Below, one piece after another: positions 60,700 through 64,000 of a DNA stretch of 64,000 nt. The stretch lies in assembly GCA_043228905.1 (NCBI GenBank), contig JBHGNT010000017.1, positions 10,230,001-10,294,000 on the forward strand, given 5' to 3'. Each line of letters starts with the position of its first letter. The stretch's first letter is position 1. A program made the position numbers and the translations under genes. Under the pieces are notes generated by a model. It had not been told where the DNA came from, searched no databases, and saw only the letters and a program-made list of their open reading frames with translations. The DNA comes from Azolla caroliniana (lineage: Eukaryota > Plantae > Polypodiophyta).

Positions 60700-63256
60700 T
60701 GTCACGGATCATAAGCTCAAGAGACAAGCAAGAAGATAACCAAATGGACAAGAAAAAAGATAGTATTAAAGGAAAGACTCCATAACTGGTGTTGTTCACC
60801 TTGAATTCCTTCAAGGTGAACTCCTCTATTTATAGTACATGACATGCATACTTGTTGCACGCATGTGAATCTACAATAGAGCATGTAGGTATGCGTGCAT
60901 GTGCCAAGTGTAAATACTACAAGGGAGCAACTATGCACATGATGCTAGCAAAATAATAAGGACCAATTACATACATAACTATGTACTAGATATCTTGGTT
61001 AACTCATAATACTAGATTATAACATGGTCATGTCAAGAGTTCGAATCTTGACATTATCCCCCCTCCTACGCCGCCTTCCCAAATCGGCCGCTAGTTTGTG
61101 GGAATATCGGTGATGAAAATCTTGGATGCCCTCTGGGGCATTTTGTAAAATTGCTGATGGTTCCCACGTGGCCTCAAACATGGGGTAACCCCTCCATAGG
61201 ACGAGGTATTGCAAGTGTCGACGGTGCCAACGCGAGTCAAGGATTTGGTCGACCTCGTATTCCTCCCCTGTCGTCAATTGCACAGGTGGTGGTGGTGGGG
61301 CCTGACATCCTGGGAGTTGTGAAGCATAATGGGGTTCGAGGAGGGACACATGAAAAACATCGTGAATCCGGAAGTGGGATGGAAGGGCGAGCTGGAAGGC
61401 GACGGGATTGATGCACTCGATGATACGGAATGGTCCTTACTTCTTGTAATCAAGTTTTGCACATGGACGAGTAGTAGAGATGTGTCGACGTAACAACCAG
61501 ACCATGTCTCCAACGACAAAGTGTGGAGTGGAAGATCGATGGCGATCAGCCTGCTTCTTGTATCGTTCACTAGCAAGACTAAGCTCCAAGGATAAATCAT
61601 GATGTAGTTCTTCCAAAATGCGAGCGCGATCCTCCGCCGAAGGGTTCATGGAAGTGGTAGGAAGGGAAACGTTGAAGCGAGGATGTAAACCATAGTTGGC
61701 AAAGAAGGGAGTGACGCCAGTCGATGCATGGAGAGAATTATTGTAGGCAAATTCCGCGAGCGAAAGTAAGTTGACCCAATCATCTTGTTGGTAACTAACC
61801 GAGCACCGGATACTGCTCAAGGATTTGGTTGACAAGCTGCGTTTGCCCGTCAGTTTGGGGGTGATAAGCGGAGGACAACTTGACAGAGATTCCTAAAGTT
61901 TGTAGCAGGCACTGCCAGAAGTGAGAGACAAACTGGGGTCCGTGATCCGAGATGACATCATCAGGGAGTCCATGCAAGCGTACCACATTGTTGAGTAGTA
62001 GATGCACCATTCCTTCTCCGGAAATGGTTTTGGAGCATGGAGTGAAGTGAGCCATCTTCATAAACCGATCGACAACGACCAACACCGAGTCATAGCTATT
62101 GACCAAGGGTAGATCAGTTATCAGGTCCATAGAGATAGAGGCCCAAGGATGACGAGGACATGGAAGCGGCTATAGTAAGCCATATGGCCGATGATGAATG
62201 GCTTTGGAGTGAGTACAAACCTCACAACTCTTTACATATTCTTTGACCAACTTCCATGGTTTTGGCCACCAATACCCCCGAGAGATTAGCTCAAGGGTTT
62301 TCACGACCCCGAAATGACCTGCAAGTGGGTCATCGTGGCATCCCGCAACACCTGGGTGCGACATGGGCCCTCTGGGACGTATAAGAGATGATCTCGGAAC
62401 AACAAACCCTCTTGTATGGTGAAGGTGTCAAGATCCTTCCTTTTGGTCGCCTTGGAGGGGTTTTGCAGACTATCTCAAATCTCGTTGGCGAACGCATCGG
62501 TCTTGGATGCATCAGTGATTTGTTGGAGTAAAGAATCATCCTGCAACATACAAGTGGCAAAACGATGCAATTGGTCGGGTTTCAACAAACTTCTAGATTG
62601 TTGAGGATAAGCAACATCCCCAGGGTGGAGTGCAAGGTCAGCTCGGCGAGAAAGGGCATCAGCCTTCCCATGTTGGCCCCCAGGTCGAAATACAATCTCA
62701 AAATCATAGTCAGCGAGAAATGTCGACCAACGGGCCTGCCTTCGATTCAAAGTACGAGTGGTGGAAAAATAAACTAAATTTTTATGATCAGTCACTACCT
62801 GGACACGATGTTGTGCGCCGGCCAAGTAGGGTCGCCATTCTTCAAAGGCAGCAATGATAGCGTGTTTGAGTGAGTCGCACGCATTTTGCGCCTCCGAGCT
62901 CCATAAAAATGAAGTGCCTTTATGGGTGAGAGCGATAAGAGGTTGTGCTAGGGTGGAAAACCCCTTGATGAAGCGACGGTAAAAATTCGCGAAGCCGAGG
63001 AAGGATTGCACATCTTTAAGTCGCCTTGGAATCACCCTCGCCTGAATGACAGAGACCTTCTTCATATCCATGGTGATGCCAATGGGCGAGATGATGTAGC
63101 CCAGAAATTCGATTGAGGTACAGTCGAACTCGCATTTCTCGCCTTTGGCATAAAGGCCATGCTCGCGAAGTTTGGCAAGAACTAATTGGACTTGGCGAGT
63201 GTGCTCCTCCATGTTTGGCGAGAAAATGAGAATATCATCAAGGTAAATGACAACAA
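60700..63256 (-). mobile_element. Chromovirus G (Tcn1-like): RT end, RNase H, integrase, chromodomain, PPT, 3' LTR 60700-61053
   Basis: YLDD in 62475..63269; HPQTDGQT integrase; chromodomain EYEVDQILDSR..YLVLWRGY..ATWEP; PPT AGGAGGGGGGATAA; LTR TGTCA...TGACA. Confidence 0.92.
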
Positions 63257-64000
63257 TGTTGGGAGACAAGTCCCTCCGGATGGGAAGGGAGAAGAACAGA
63301 GATGGATGGCGCAGACCCGGTATGAAGACCGGATGAGGAGTACCCGGCTACGGAGAGCCGGATGGTGCAGACCCGGTAAGGAATGCTCACCGGATGAAGA
63401 GACATATTCGTAAATATGTCTCTAAGAGTCCATCAAGGCTATATGTGTAAATAGTCGAAAAGTCATATCAGTATAAATATGACTTAGGGCAAACTTTTAG
63501 GCATAGTGGTTATTATTTCTTGTCTGCGTGAGATCAGAGCGCGTAATAGTGTACAGAGAGAGAGAGAGAGAAAGAGGTCGTTGCCTCTGTTGTAACCGCC
63601 GCCTGTGGCGAAGATCATCACGAGGTCGTTGCCTCCGTGAACTCACTGCTGTACATACTAACCTAGTGATAGTTTGCAGCCTGTGGGCTGCCGTGGTTTT
63701 TCCCTAGTTTGGGGTTTTCCACGTTAAACATCATGCGTACTCTTCTCTTCCATTGTGTCATTCTTTATTTCCCGTTTTTTGTGTATGATCCTAACCTCGG
63801 TTCTGGCCGAGCGTTGCGTATAGGGAGCGTTCAGTTCTCGTCAAGTGGTATCAGAGCGAAACGACACAGAAAATGGACAAATCGTTTGGCGGCATGTTCA
63901 AGCTCACCGGCTCCAACTATTCAGTGTGGAAGTCGAAGATGAGGGACATGCTCGTGGTTAAAGACCTCTGGCTGCCGGTTCAGTTCGGGGACAAGAGACC
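63257..64000 (+). mobile_element. Copia B3 5' end (LTR 63257-63843, PBS, gag from 63873) inserted in the RT of G
   Basis: LTR similar to 12999-13843 but with only ~1.5 54-bp units; PBS TGGTATCAGAGC; MDKSFGGMFKLTGSNY. Confidence 0.93.

Overview
Eukaryotic, plant-type repeat-rich DNA made almost entirely of nested, degenerate LTR retrotransposons. No intact cellular gene, rRNA, true tRNA gene or CRISPR array is supportable. Element labels below are my own. Ty1/copia: family B (+ strand, LTRs with CCGG-rich 40/54-bp tandem arrays), family C (- strand, two PPT-like tracts and a charged Pol tail) and several others. Ty3/gypsy: D (fungal-like RT, 4-bp TSD, tRNA-Trp PBS, probable -1 frameshift), E (non-chromovirus with an extra 3' ORF) and Tcn1-like F/G. 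The window also holds an L1-type LINE 3' remnant, SINE-like heads and an interrupted spliced pseudogene. Nesting reaches four levels (C2>C3>B2>D), supported by target-site duplications. The lineage mix suggests a non-seed plant such as a fern (inference). Most striking: element E has no polypurine tract; a sense copy of the tRNA 3' end (an inverted PBS) sits 2 nt before its 3' LTR. All alignments were done by eye and tRNA identities are from memory.
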